In this document: positions 39,851 through 55,720 of the stretch, one piece after another | Position numbering within the stretch: the stretch's first letter is position 1 | How the letters are laid out: every line of letters begins with the position of its first letter | Source: the human T2T-CHM13v2.0 reference genome, Homo sapiens | Length of the DNA: 64,000 nucleotides | Reading direction: 5' to 3' (one strand) | Assembly: GCF_009914755.1 (NCBI RefSeq) | Contig: NC_060929.1 | The notes under the pieces: generated by a model | The model's input: the letters and a program-made list of their open reading frames with translations, nothing else | What the model was told of the DNA's origin: nothing | Databases searched by the model: none | Made by a program: the position numbers and the translations under genes

Positions 39851-40268
39851 CAATTGGTTTATGTGTCTTTGTACTTGATAGTAATAGCTATATCATAATG
39901 TTAGGACAAGGCAAGCTGGCCAAGTAATTGGTTTTTAACTTTGTACTACTGTTTGAACAGGCGTACAGATCGAACTGTTATTTATTGGTTATATAGAAAG
40001 CTTCATTTGGAGTATATCCCAAAGTGTCAAAATTGTTTAACAAGGGATTATTTTTAATATATTTTAAGATATATTTAAATTGATGTTAAATTTTTGCAGA
40101 CTTTCTTCCTAACCAGTTGCTCAGGAACACAGTCTCAGACAGTTCAAAAATCATAATGTTCCAAAGAATTAGTTAAGACAATCAAGCCTCCCAAAATGGT
40201 AAATTTAGGAAGGAGCAAAAGAAGGAAATTAGAAAAGAAAGAATTTATCCTAACTATTGAAAATTTTG

Positions 40269-40580
<312 letters not shown>

Positions 40581-40719
40581 TTAAAAAAGGAACAGCTTAA
40601 TTTATCTAGGTAGGCCAGGGCAGAGGAACCTGTGGAAAGATCTGATAGCACTCACCATTCATACCATATGCCCATCGTTTTCTTCCTTTTTCCTCTTCAT
40701 CCCATTCCCACCTCTGTTA

Positions 40720-41070
40720 GACTAAATGATGCCAGCTGCTGCAATAGCTAAGCACAATACTTACTACATTGCTCTTATCACAGTCATAAGTAGGTTTGAG
40801 GAGGAGTTCTGCTCCATATAGTAATTCAGGGGCCCAGGCTCTTCCCATTCTGTGATTCTGCTTAAAATCTTCATTTGGCCGGCAGATGAAGAAAAAGCAA
40901 AGATTAGATGGGAGTTTTTATGGGCCAGGCCCAGAAGAATTGGCATCATCACTTCTGACCATATTCCATGAGCCAGGATTTGATCTTGTGGCTCCAACCA
41001 ACTGCAAAAAAAGATGGGAAATGTAGTTTGGTTATGTGCCCAGGAAGAAAACGGGGTTTTGATAAACACA
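40720..41070. mobile_element. MLT1 (MaLR) LTR fragment
   Basis: TTCAGGGGCCCAGGCT...CATCACTTCTGACCATATTCC...GGGAAATGTAGTT...TGTGCCCAGGAAGA. Confidence 0.65.
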
Positions 41071-41387
41071 GAGTAAACCTCTGCCATGTACCCCACCCCT
41101 GCTCCATTTTGTTATTTTCTTTGTTCCTTTTTCCTAATGTGCATTTAATGGTTTCAGTGGCTCTCAGTATTAAAGGTTTTTTCCATGATTTCTTACTGTA
41201 TGTAGCTATTTTATCCATATTTTTAAATATATATAATTATTTCCATACGCCTCCTAATGATCGTTTCTGAATGAACATTTGTGATAACTCAGAAACCACT
41301 GCTTATCTTTTTAGCATGAGTGTTTTATCTGTCAGTAATGTTTTTAGCCTCAAGTAACAGAAACAGAACTAAGAATGGTTTAAACCA

Positions 41388-41728
41388 GCAGTACCAACCT
41401 TTTTGGCACCAGGGACCAGTTTTGTGGAAGACAATTTTTCCATGGATGAAGCGGTGTGGGGAGATAGTTTCAGGATGAAACTGTTCCACTCAGATCATCA
41501 GTCATTAGTTAGATTCTCATAAGGAGCGTACAACTTAGATCCCTCACATGCGCAATTCACCATAGGACTTCCGTTCCTGTGAGAATCTAATGCTGCCGCC
41601 GATCTGACAGGAGGCAGAGCTCAGGCAGTAATGCTTGCTCACCTGCTGCTCACCTCCTGCTGTGCAACGTGGTTCCTAACAGGCCACAGATCACTACCAG
41701 TCTGTGGTCTGGGGTTGGGGTCCCCTGG
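41388..41728. mobile_element. MER1B-like hAT-Charlie element
   Basis: CCAACCTTTTTGGCACCAGGGACC...GGGGTTGGGGTCCCCTG. Confidence 0.85.
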
Positions 41729-42557
41729 TTTAAACATTTTTTTCATATCACAGCTCAAGTTACCTCTTGTTGGCATTGGTCAGAACAAGTCATTCGCCCT
41801 TTCTTTACGGTTGGAGTATGGCAGCCATAGCTCCAGACTGTATGTGTTTACATCCACAGCTAGGAGGGACAGTTCCAGTATGTCTGTCTTTTTTTTGTAT
41901 GAAGAGTAAAAGTTTTTCCAGAAGCTCCCAGCTCGTATCTGTTTACGTTCTGTTGGCCTGAATTATGTAAGACAGGCAGAGAAAACAAGTAGCCTTCATA
42001 ATGAAGGTGGGTAAAGGAGAAGGGCCTAGGAATGGCTGGAAGTAAGCTGGCCAGCAATCAGACACAGAATTTCTGCTGGTACAGGCATGTTTCCATATAG
42101 CATATTGCCAAGCAAGTCTGCACCTATCCCAATCAACTTTTTAACCCATTTTTTAAATAGTGTGAACTCAGCAATGAGCAGGATGAACTTAATTAAGTAT
42201 TCAACTTTTTAGGAACAGTAAACTGGTATAACCTTTCTGACGATTTGAATCCAAAGGCTTTAAAATTTTTTTTTAATCTATGTATCATGTAAACTAGTCA
42301 TTCACTTGGGAATTTGTCCTAAGAAAATAATGAGACATAAGCAAAATTATGTATGCAAAGATGTTTATTGCAACATTGTTTATAGTATGCAAAATTGAGA
42401 GGGTTGGCTGAGTTGATAACTCCCATATAGTGATACACTATGCGGCTTTTAAAAATAATTGTGAAGATCCACAGTCACTGATATTGAGATATTACCACAA
42501 TATTATTAAATGGTAAAAGGTAATATGCCATTTTTGTTTTTAAAAGTGCATACATCA

Positions 42558-42897
<340 letters not shown>

Positions 42898-43312
42898 TTA
42901 TAATCTATAGGTGGTGGGATTTTTATTTTTAACAATATGTTAGGTGTTATCTAAATTTTTTTATAATTAGTACATATTACATCTACAATTATAAACTAAC
43001 TATGTTTTGGAAAATAGTTGCATAGAGTGCAAGTTGAACTTTCTGTTGATGCACAAAGATCTCTTCACATAAGGATCTTCCTATTTTGATTATTGCCTTG
43101 CCTTACGTGGTCCTACCAATATAGCCAGGTTTTTTGTTTGTTTTGTTTTGTTTTGTTTGTTAACGTATGAAGTAGATTGCTGATCTAATTTTTATTCTTT
43201 TTGGTCTCAAAGCCAAATGTCATATTTTGTTTTCCCTAAGTGGATACAGGATCAGTTTGTTTTTTTTTCTGGGAATATATTTTGCCCAAATTACTCTCTT
43301 AAGAAAAGTGTC

Positions 43313-43608
43313 GGCCGGGTGCGGTAGCTCACGCCTGTAATTCTAGCACTCTGGGAAGCTGAGGTGGGCGGATTGCCGGAGCTCAGGAGTTCAAAACCAG
43401 CCTCGCCAACATGGAGAAACCCTTTCTCTACTAAAAATACAAAAAACTAGCTGGGTGTGGTGACACATGCCTGTAGTCCCAGCTACTCCCAAGGCTGAGG
43501 CATGAGTCACTTTCACTCAGGAGGTGGAGGTTGCAGTGAGCCAAGATCATGCCACTTCACTACAGACTGGGTGACAGAACAAGGCTCTGTCTCAAAGAAA
43601 AAAAAAAA
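43313..43608 (+). mobile_element. Alu, sense
   Basis: GGCCGGGTGCGGTAGCTCACGCC...A tail. Confidence 0.93.
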
Positions 43609-45074
43609 TGTGATCCAGAGAAGTGACAGAGGTTAGCCTTTGGCAAAATTAAGAGCCTTTTAAGTTCAGAACCTTAATGTCATCACATACTCAATGAATA
43701 GTGACTGTTTACACCATTGAAATTCCCAAAAAGAGTAACCTAAAGAGTGATGAGCTTGCAACAAAGATTAGGTTATTTGGTTTTTCCACCTTCTGTCAAT
43801 AAAATATTTCCATTAGTTGGGGAACTTATGGAGTGAATTTCAAATTGTTCAGGAAGTGTAAAGGCATACTTTGAAACCATCTTCATGCTATTTGCATGAA
43901 GCATGTTTCAGTATGACAGGCAACCAGGGTACCTGCTTGAGGTAAGGTGACCTTTAAGGTTGGTGATTGACTGTATACATCAGAATCATAATCCTGTCAG
44001 TGCAAAATTGCAGTTGCTTGCTTTACTTCTTTTTGATCTGAGTTGATGGCACCCACAATATTTAGAAGTTCTGGGGTCTCTGACCCCAGGCACCTCCCCA
44101 CTCAGATTAGGGAAAGTCCCCTCGAAGTACCAGCTCATTAGGAGGAAATCAGTGAGTAATTCACAATTTAAACATTTCACACATCTGCAAAGTAACTATG
44201 ATCAGTAATGACCTCTTTCCTACCCAGTTTTTCAGGATGTAGGGGGCTTCAAAGTCAAACAGAAGCGCAAGTTGTTTTCTTTAAGAGGGCTTACAATGAT
44301 GGACTGCATGTACGACGGCGGTCCCAGACTGTATATCTCTAATACAAAGGTTAAAAGCTAAAACTATAGCCAAAATAATTTGTTAAAGGATACACAATAA
44401 AAAATGTAATTTTTTAATTGAACAAAATGTGGGGTTGGGAGTAAAATGGATTTCCTTTTTTTTTTTTGTATGTAATAAGATCAAGTTGTTATCAGCTTAA
44501 AAAGCAGGGAGGGCATTACAAATTAGATTCATATATATGAGCAGATTTTTGTTTCTCCTGAAAGAAAACAAGTCATATGAAATAATGTGAAACACAGAAG
44601 ATTGCTAATAACTACTAAAAATAGAAATTTGGTTTGTAGGCAGACTATGAGAAAGATAAGACATACCTATGTGCTTCCTGAAATCTTTGGGCAGCACATA
44701 TTATGTGGGAATTTTTAAATATAAATATTTTCAAGTTCAGTAATTACTGTAGCCTTCAAACGTCCCAAAGCATGCATATTTTATGACTTAAATAAATTTT
44801 TCAGATATTTTCTACTTTGCTATAAAAGTCTTGTGAATGTCAACCTCTGTTTATTTTTTTCATGTGAATGACTGCAAAACCTCTGCATCACCTAGAATTG
44901 GCTTAGAGCAGTCAAGGAAAAATACCTAGATATCTGCTATATTATTAGTGTCTTTGAGGTTAGCTTCTGAAAAGAAACTCTGGAGAATATGTTTCCTCTA
45001 ATGAGGCGTTAAAGTGCTGGTCAGCCAGTAGGACTGACTCCCACAGATAAGCTTCTGCCTCTTAAGCACCAAAG

Positions 45075-45361
45075 TTTGTTTTGTTTTGGAGGCAGAGTCT
45101 CACTTCGTTGCCCCGCCTAGAGTGGATCACAGCTCACTGTAACCTCAAACTCCTAGGCTCAAGCAATTCTCCCCTGCCTTAGCCTCCTGAGTAGCTGAGA
45201 ATACAGGCGTGTGCCACCACACCCAGCTGTTTTTTTTAATATTTTGTAGAGATGAGGTCTCACTATATTGTCAAGGCTGGTCTTGAACTTCAGCCTCAAG
45301 AAATCCTCCACTCCGCCTCCCAAAATGCTGGGATTATAGGTGTGAGCCACTGCACCCAGCC
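45075..45361 (-). mobile_element. AluJ-like, antisense
   Basis: TSD AAGCACCAA on both flanks. Confidence 0.9.
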
Positions 45362-46050
45362 AAGCACCAAGATATTGTGGGTGATAGGTACCATGCAGTG
45401 CCCTGTGGAGATTTTTAACTGAAAATATTTATGTCAAATTATTACGCAAGTATACTCTGCCTTCACAGCTAAGTAAGCTTTTTATAATCCTCTGTTATTT
45501 TGCAACTTTAAACCCACCACTCATTGTTATTCCTTTCAACTGCAAAAAAAAAAAAAAAAAAAAAAAAAAGCCACTTCCTTGTTTAAGAGCAAAGGTGTCA
45601 TGAACACCGCTGTTTGGCTATGCCCTTGTGGCTCCAGAAATGTTAACAGTCATCTGAAAGCACAGGTCTCTCTCTAAGTCATGAGGTTTAAACACATAGC
45701 TCACTGTTACTGGGTACAGTTGAAGGGCATCTTTTAAATGTGAAATGACTACTTAGCAAAGTGGCTATTTCATGAGAAATGTGGCAGTCCTCACCCTTAG
45801 TCATCCTAGCTGTGGCTGGTAAGAGTTAGAAAATGGTCAGCTCTGAGGGGCAGGCCTGTTGTTGGGTCATTCCCAATTTGGATATGTGAACACCTTAGCT
45901 TGCCTTCTGTGGTTAGTGCTAAATGTAAAATTGGCTCTAACATGCTAAATTGTACAGACATAACTTTTGTGAATCTCCTAGGGAAGTGTTTGTAGAGGCA
46001 ATGCCAGGAAGCCGCCTTGAAGATTAGCAGAGGCATAACTAGCCTTGGGC

Positions 46051-46184
46051 TGACCTAATGTCCACTGACTGTCTCTAAGAATTTACCTGATGAGGAACCT
46101 ACGTCATATATATATGTAGAGAGAGGTAGGTAGGTTCCCCATCAGGTAAATTCCTAAGAGATATAGTCGCTGAACACTAGGTCA
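46051..46184. repeat. Imperfect inverted repeat (arms about 52 and 55 bp, 27-nt spacer)
   Basis: 46051-46102 is reverse-complementary to 46130-46184. Confidence 0.9.
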
Positions 46185-48372
46185 TATATAGTAGGTCATT
46201 GGCTGGACATTTATACATTCTCTTTTACTGCAGCTATATCTATATTTACAGTGTGTGTTTTAAGTGGATACTTTTCTTAGGTATCTTTCAATTCTGAGAG
46301 AAATAAGCCTGATTGTAAAGAGTATAGGAAACTGGGGTAGTCCAAGATTGTATGAAAATAAACTCATTACAACTTTGGGGTTTGTAATGGGAAGTCAGGT
46401 TTGCTAATGATCTGTGAAGTTGTACAGTTATTTCCAAGATGCTTTTTTCCATCTTTCAGTCCTGGTTGGAGTCAAACTGCACAGTTGGCTAGGCAAGAAT
46501 ATAAAAAACATGAGTTGATTTTATTTTTCTGTCTCCAGACCAGTGAGATAGCAGCATCTGATAGACACGCACCCAGCCTATCAGCAAAGTATGTTCTTAG
46601 CTGAAGCCATTATATTTTCTACCTGGTCACACCTCCTAGCTGAGCCAGCAGAAGCTTATCAGGAGCCACTACATAGATCCCTAGGGGCAATGGGGAGCTG
46701 TGGACACACCCCACTGTCATCCAGAGATGATGTTTAGGTCCATGAGAAGCAAGTGCCTTGGTATCAAGAGTGTCTCTGGACCTGATTTGTCTCCAAGATA
46801 ATGCAAGGGCAGAAGAATCAAATGTGAAGTCACATATACAAGCTATATTTGCAGGGAAGTGTTCACCTGAGGATCTCTACTTTGTCACTATCTTTGTTGA
46901 CTTGAGAGAAGTAAAGCCCCAAAAAAGTAACTCACATAACATTTTACTTAGTGTCACAGGAGAATTCCTATATGTCCTAGAACATAGGTATGTCCTCTCC
47001 CCACATAGAACTCCTAAAAATATCTTTCCCGTGAAGCACTCCCATTACCCAAAGATGAGTAACGATCTTAAATGTCTATACAGTAATAGTTAAACAAAAA
47101 GGGGAGAGGACAAAGATTTAGAAACATGACATGGAAAAACAAATGGCAGATGAAGTATACTCACTAGAAATATGTTTCCATGGAGCACATGAAAAATTAC
47201 ACTAAATATAAAACAAGAAATTTAAAATTTTGATAAAGCAATTACCTCCACAAAACAAGAACACAAAGAAGACATGCAAGAACTCATGATAAAAATAGCA
47301 AGAAAATAAATAAAAAATAAGCTGGCAGAGCTAAGGGGAGAAGTTGAAAGGGTCCTCGTAGGAAATCGTTGAAGCCCTGCATGAGCAACTACAGACAAGT
47401 AGAATGAAATTATTATTTATGTCAGAAGTCAGACATGTAAATTTATTTCTAGCTTCAGCATTATGATTGCCAGGACCTGTGACGTGCTGTACTTGAATCC
47501 TTGCCTGGCTGGCCTGTGTCATCTGTATTACATTTTTGTCTGGCTTCATCAGGGCCACTAGATCTTGTTGGATGACTGCTGGCCTGGTTTCTCTTTCATC
47601 CTCAGCTTTGACATGGGACCTCCTGGTTTAAGTGAAGCAACCAGGTCACCTAAGAGCAGATCTTCCTTGTTTTGGAAGCATCTCCTGAGAAGTCCCTCTT
47701 GTCTGTGTAAACTGTAAATGCAGAAAGCCCCCTCTGCCTAGGAGAAGTTGTCATGGGAAATAGGCTGGGTTGGCTTGGCTTGATTAGGCTGCACCACCTA
47801 ATCTTTTGGAATGCAGAGCTCTGAGGGCTCTGGGAAGTGGCTGAGCAAACGTGTATAAAGTCCAAAGAGATGTCTTACCCCACCCACAAAGAGAGCCCTG
47901 CTGAGTGCAGTGAGGTTCCAACTTTTCAGATGACCTCACAAATAATTTTAAAAATTTGTGTACCCTTTTGCTCATTTTAAAGTTGACATGTAAAATTTTC
48001 ATCATAAATTTAAATAGAAAGGATTTATATTCATGGTATGTTGTAAATACTGGCATTTTAAACTAAAATGTGCATCACTTTTGAAGATGCTCAATGGGAT
48101 AGAAATACATCAGTGATTTGACACTCACTGTTAAATGCCCATTATTTAAAATTCTGCAGCCTAAGTGTGATATTGTGCAAGTGCTACTTAGGTTAAACTG
48201 TAACCCAGGTAAGCTAGATGTTAATAAAACTACTGAGAACAAAGTATTGGGTTAAGAGAGACCTTATTTCTTTGAGCAGTCTGCAAACCAAGGAGATGCA
48301 GCCTTCAATACAAAACAAAGATGTGCTCTGCCAGAAAAAAGGAAGGGGGTGTCCTTTATAGAAAAAGTTGCT

Positions 48373-48658
48373 GGCTGGGTGTGGTGGCTCATGCATGTAA
48401 TCCCAGCACTTTGGGAGGCTGAGGTGGGAGTATCACCTAAGCGCAGTTCAAGACCAGCCTGGCAACATGGCAAGACCCTCTCTTTATAAAATTTTTAAAA
48501 ATTAGCTGAGTGTAGTGGTGCATGCCTGTAGTCCTAGCTACTTGGGAGGTTGAGGAAAGATTGCTTGAAGCTGAGGAAGTAAAGGCTGTAATAAGCTATG
48601 ATCACACCACTGCATTCCAGCCTGGGTGACAGAGCAAGACTGTCTTAAAAAAAAAAAC
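48373..48658 (+). mobile_element. AluJ-like, sense
   Basis: Alu body with A tail. Confidence 0.9.
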
Positions 48659-48710
48659 AGAGAAAAAATTTCACCCAGGTTCCCACTCCAGTCTGTTATG
48701 CAAATAATAG

Positions 48711-49335
<625 letters not shown>

Positions 49336-49405
49336 CTTGGATATTTCTTTTAAAGGCTTTTTAAAAGTTCTCCTAGTTCTATTCCATTGATGTTAAGATT
49401 GACTG

Positions 49406-49512
49406 GGCTAGTCCAAAGGTGGTCAGTTATTTCAATTGGTTGTTCACGGTTAGTTACAGATCAAACTCTTGTTATACTCTTTCCCCCTTCTCACTACTGC
49501 ACTTGACTAATT
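49406..49512 (+). pseudogene. Y1 RNA (RNY1) retropseudogene
   Basis: GGCTAGTCCAAAGGTGGTCAGTTATTTCAATTG...TTACAGATCAAACT...CTCACTACTGCACTTGACTA closely follows hY1; poly(A) from 49513. Confidence 0.92.
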
Positions 49513-51602
49513 AAAAAAAAAAAAAGGAAGGAAAGAAGAAAGAAAATGAGACAAAAAAAGATTTACCATAGGTCACAGTCTATTGGTTAGTTTCAGGTGC
49601 CTTCTGGCAGCATAAAGGAGAACAGATAGCTAGGAGAGTCCCTAAGTTACCAGATCATGGGGCGTTTCCAGAACGCAGAGTACACGTGTGACCTCTAGTC
49701 AGCAAATGGCCACTTGGCTTCATTTTGAATTTGGCCCAATTAGCTACTCAAGATCCATCTTGAATGATTGGCTCTTTCAGGGTTCACATAGAATATCAGT
49801 TGGTAGTCAGCTAACACCTGAAAGGCCACAGTCCAGAAGCAGCTTCCATGATACCTGAGGCTCTACTAATTGGCATAAAAATTAGAAGTATGTTTTTATT
49901 GGTGAAAATGGTGGGCTATTATCTGGCACAAGAAATATTAATAATGGGCTTTCGCTGGGGAATTAGAGGAATTCAAGATGTGGGTTGGCTAAAAGACTTT
50001 AGCAGTATCCTCTATTCTAGTATGAAGGTGGTGTGGCTTCATCTCTCACAGACTGTTGATTTGCAAAGAAGTCCTAAGGCCCGATGCACTGTGAATGTGA
50101 GAGACCCCTGGAAGGTCACTGTGTCTGACTCAAGTCAATGTCAGCAAGCTCATGGAACAAGGCAGCCCTATAAACTGCTTTGTGCCTGTTTATTAATACA
50201 TGTTTAATAAAGGTCTGTATGTTTAGCGGAATTTGATTTGAGATGTTTGAGATACTCACTTTCACCTGTTAGTGAGATTATGGGGGAGTAGCTAGGTTTT
50301 GGTGACTTCAAGACATCTTTGGTAGCTACTAAAAATAACCTGAGAAGGTGTATATAATTAAGTTGGTTTAGCTTAATTCATGATGACATTAACCATGCCT
50401 GTTTTTAAAAATTAGCTTTAAAAAATAATACATTTTACATATTTTTACACATTATGCAGTTTTTGGTTTCTGTAAACTTTTATTTCCATATACTTCCTCC
50501 CCACAGAATTTTATCCCAATGTATTATTTTTTATAAAAGTGTTTCTGATTAATCATATTTCTTTGAAATAATTACATTTTGCTTTGCCAAAAAAATCTAT
50601 ATATCTATATGTAACCCTATACTGTAAGTTTCTAAGTATTAAAATATTTTGGGGTTGAATTATCAGTACAACTATTAGTACTAATTGATCAAATATAAAA
50701 ATAAAACACACATTGTACACATATTATAATGTTGGTAATCACTAAACATAAAAGCAAACTTTTATTAAAAATTCACCTATTAATGAAATGGATGGGGGCT
50801 GTCACTGGCGATTACTTATTGCTAGAATGAGACAGAATCTATTCCTACTTTTCACTGTCATGGATGTGAGTACTGATGCTCTTTGTCCACATAAGCAAGT
50901 ACATGGAAATAGAGGGAGTTTATTAAGCAAGGTTATTCCATTCTTTGAATTTTTCCAAGATTTTGCCAAAAAAATCATATAACAATGTTTTCATCAAAAA
51001 TTATTTCTAGTGACCAGTCAGCTAACCACTTGGTCCTTCTTCAATTTTGGTGAAAGTCAGTACAATCATGTGTCACTTAATGACAGGGATACCTTCTGAG
51101 AAATGCATCATTATGCAATTTTGTCATTGTATGAACTCATAGAATGCATTTACACAAACCTATACGGTGGAGCCTCCTACACACCTAGACTGTATGGTAG
51201 AGTTTATTGTTCCTAAGCTACAAACCTGTACAGCATGTCAGTGTGCTGAATATTGTAGGCAATTGGAAGAAAATGGTGTTTGTGTATTGAAACATATCAA
51301 AACATAGAAGTACATTAAAAATATGGTATAAAAGAAATGATACACCTGTATAGGGCACTCACCATGAATGAAGCTTGCAGGACTGGAAGTTACTCTGTGT
51401 CAGTGAGTCAGTGGTGAGGCCATTACAATACACTACTGCAGATATTAAAACATGGTACCCTTAGGCTACACTAAATCTATAAAATAATATTCTTCTTTCT
51501 TCAGTTATAAATTAACTAGCTTACTTAACTTTTTGCTTCAGAAACTTTTAATTTTTTTAAACTTATTGACTTTCTTGTAATAACGCTTAGTTTAAAACAC
51601 AA

Positions 51603-51910
51603 GGCCAAGCACAGTGGCTCACATCTATAATCCTAGCACTTTGGGATGCCAAAACAAGAAGATCACTTGAGCTCAGGAATTGGAGACAAGCCTTGATAAC
51701 ATAGTGAGACCTTGTCTTCACAAAAAAATTAAAAAATTATTAGCTGAGCATGGTGACACGCACCTGTAATTCCAACTACTCAGGAGACTGAGGTGGAAGG
51801 ATCACTTGAACCTGGGAGGGAGAGGCTACAGCGAGCCAAGACACACTACTGCACTCCAACCTGGATGACAAGAGTGAGACCCTGTCTCAAATAAATAAAT
51901 AAAAATAAAA
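51603..51910 (+). mobile_element. AluJ-like, sense
   Basis: Alu body; AAAACACA flanking duplication. Confidence 0.9.
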
Positions 51911-51950
51911 ACACAAAACATTGTACAGCTGCACAAAAATATTTTCTTTT

Positions 51951-52259
<309 letters not shown>

Positions 52260-52515
52260 TTACTCTATAAGCTTTTTTCTATTTAACATTTTTTTAACTT
52301 TTTAAATTTTTTTGATAAAAACTAAGACACACACACACTGGCCTAGATTACACAGGCTCAGTATCATCAATATCATTGTCTTCCACTTCCACACCCTATC
52401 CCACTGGAAGGTCCTCAGGGGCAATGATAGGCATGGAGCTGTCATCTCCTATTATAACAATGCCTTCTTCTGGAATACTTCCAGAAGGAACTGCCTAAGG
52501 CTGCCTTACAGTTAA

Positions 52516-52632
52516 CTTTTTTTTTTTTTTTAATTCTTAAAAATAGAGACAAGGTCTTGCTTTGTTGCTCACACTGGTCTCAAACTCCAGGGCTCAAGCA
52601 ATCCTTGTGCCTCAGCCTCCCAAAGTGGTGGG
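52516..52632 (-). mobile_element. FLAM-like Alu monomer, antisense
   Basis: poly(T)...GAGACAAGGTCTTGC...GGGATTACAGGTGTGAGCC. Confidence 0.8.
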
Positions 52633-52745
52633 ATTACAGGTGTGAGCCTGGTCAACCTTTTTTTTTTTTAAGCTACTTCTACTTATAAAAGTAGAGAACA
52701 TTCTAAAACAATAAAAAGTATAGTATGGTAATTTTTTATTTTTAT

Positions 52746-53445
52746 TGAGAAATAAAAATAAAATTCTAAGCCCCCCAACCAACTGAATAGATCCCCCCTT
52801 GACCAAGAGGACCCCAGAGAAACCTTAAAACTGAGTTCCTGGCCATGATGAGATGGGAGGCCGGACATGCCTTGTTACGCCCCCTCTCTCACTAAGGCTT
52901 TCTTCCCTAAAGGCTTAACAGAAACCAGTCTTTTTAAAAGGCTCCGCCACTGATGTCAACCAATGGCTTGATGGTGCCCCTCCCTTTTGCAGTTTTGACA
53001 CAACTGACCAGCATTTCTGATAAGAGACCACCGACCATGAAGTGGTTCTGGCCAGTCTACAGGGGTTGGGTGCAGTGAGGGTTTTCATGCCCTCTGCATC
53101 CCCTTTTGATGTTCAGAGAGCCAAAAACTCCAACCTTGGATCATGCTAACGCCACCATTTTTTTTACACCTGCCACCCATGAAGCTCAACTGTGCATGTG
53201 CACATTTCTCTTTTCATAAATATTCATGACTCCTCCTATAGCCTGTTAAATACATATATTCAGCCACCCCACTCAGCATACATTCCTGTTCCTTTTGCCT
53301 CTCCTTTCGAAGTGCAGGTTTCTGGCTTCTGGCCAGAGGCTACACTTCCCAGCTTGTCAGAATGGCCACCTGCACGCTGCAACCTTTTAAGAGCAATAAA
53401 GGTGGGCTTTCCAAATTTATTAACCTCATCATTCTTCGGTTGACA
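52746..53445 (+). mobile_element. MER50-like ERV1 solo LTR
   Basis: TG...CA termini, TGAGAAATAAAAATAAAATTCTAAGCCCCCCAACC start, AATAAA near the 3' end. Confidence 0.8.
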
Positions 53446-54448
53446 ACACAAACCAGTAACATAGTCGTTTATTATCATTACAAAGTATTATATGCATTAC
53501 ATAATTATATGTGCTATACTTTTACATAACTGGCAGTGCAGTAGGTTTGTTTACACCAGCATCACCACAAACATGTGAGTAATGCATTGTGCTACATATT
53601 ATGTACTACATAATATGTGCTACACATTATGATGGCTATGAAGTCACCAAGCAATTGCAATCTTCTAGCTCCAGTATAATCTTATGGGACCACCATTGTA
53701 TATGGGGTCTATAATTGACTGTAGTTGGGAACCAATTGACCCTGAGAAATTGCCTATAATTGGAAACCACTTGACTCTGAAAAGGACTGGTTGCTCTGGC
53801 CTTTGAGTAATGACTGACTCCAACACAGTACTCAGAATTGCTCCTTTGTTTGAGGCCCTGAGGCCTTTACTTCCAGTGAAGTGAACTAAATAGAGTCAAT
53901 GGGAGAAGCAGTTTGATGCCAGGTAGTGCCTGAGGGCAGATATATTTCGGAAAGAGATCTTAGTGGAGGATATAAAAATTGGTTCCTTTGAAACTACCTG
54001 GGTCTGGTGCTCTGAGGAAGTCTTCTGTCTCCCTAGAATTCCCATACCCCAGTTTGAAGACTGCTGGTTTATTTAGCTCCCCCTTGAATCTGGCAAAAAG
54101 TTTGGGGGAGGAATTTGTGCTGCAGACTAAAGGTGGAGGCTGGGTGAGGTGGGGAGGATTAGACCAGAGGGAAAGAATTCAAGCTATACATAAAAAGGAC
54201 TTATTGTGGCTCCAGAAAGACATGAACTAGGGAAGGCACCTAGGATATGATGGCCTGAACTCAGAGCCATCCAGTGAGCATCCTGCTTAGAGCCTTCTCA
54301 GCATCCTTCTCATCCAGGATAATTGGGCGCATCCAGGGAGAGGAGGGCAGGGCAGGGTCAACAACCCTACTCCTTTCTTCCCCCTTTTTTTCAGTTTTTC
54401 TTTTAATTGTGGCAAGAAATAAGGAGTTAAAATATAATCTTCTAAAAT

Positions 54449-55266
<818 letters not shown>

Positions 55267-55406
55267 CATCAATACAATTTACCATCTTAACTATTTTTAA
55301 ATGTACAATTCAGTGGTATTAAACACATTCATAATATTGTGCAACTGTCACCATCACCCATCTTCATAATTCTTTTCATCTTGAAAAGATGAAAACTGAA
55401 ACTTTA

Positions 55407-55720
55407 GGTCAGGTTCATACCTGTAATCCCAGCATTTTGGGAGGCCAAGGAGGCATCGCTTGAGTCCAGGAGTTCCAGACCGGCCTAGGCAACATGGTGA
55501 AACTCCATCTCTACCAAAAAAAAAAAAAAAAAAAAAAATACAAAAATTAGCCAGTCGTGATGGTGCCTGCCTGTAGTCCCAGCTACTTGGGGGACTGAGG
55601 TGGGAAAATCACTTGAAGCTGGGGAGACTGGGGCCACAACGAGCCATGATCATGCCACTGCACTCCAGCCTGGGTGACAGAGAGTGAGACTGTCTCAAAA
55701 AAAAAAAAAAAGAAAAGAAA
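55407..55720 (+). mobile_element. AluJ-like, sense, nested in L1
   Basis: Alu with expanded middle A tract; AAAACTGAAA duplication. Confidence 0.9.

Noticed and set aside
45544-45569. Isolated poly(A) run
   Set aside because: No retrocopy body or target-site duplication visible
47090-47410. A-rich stretch with Lys/Glu-rich reading, possibly old L1 ORF1 or HAL1
   Set aside because: Interrupted by stops and too degenerate to assign
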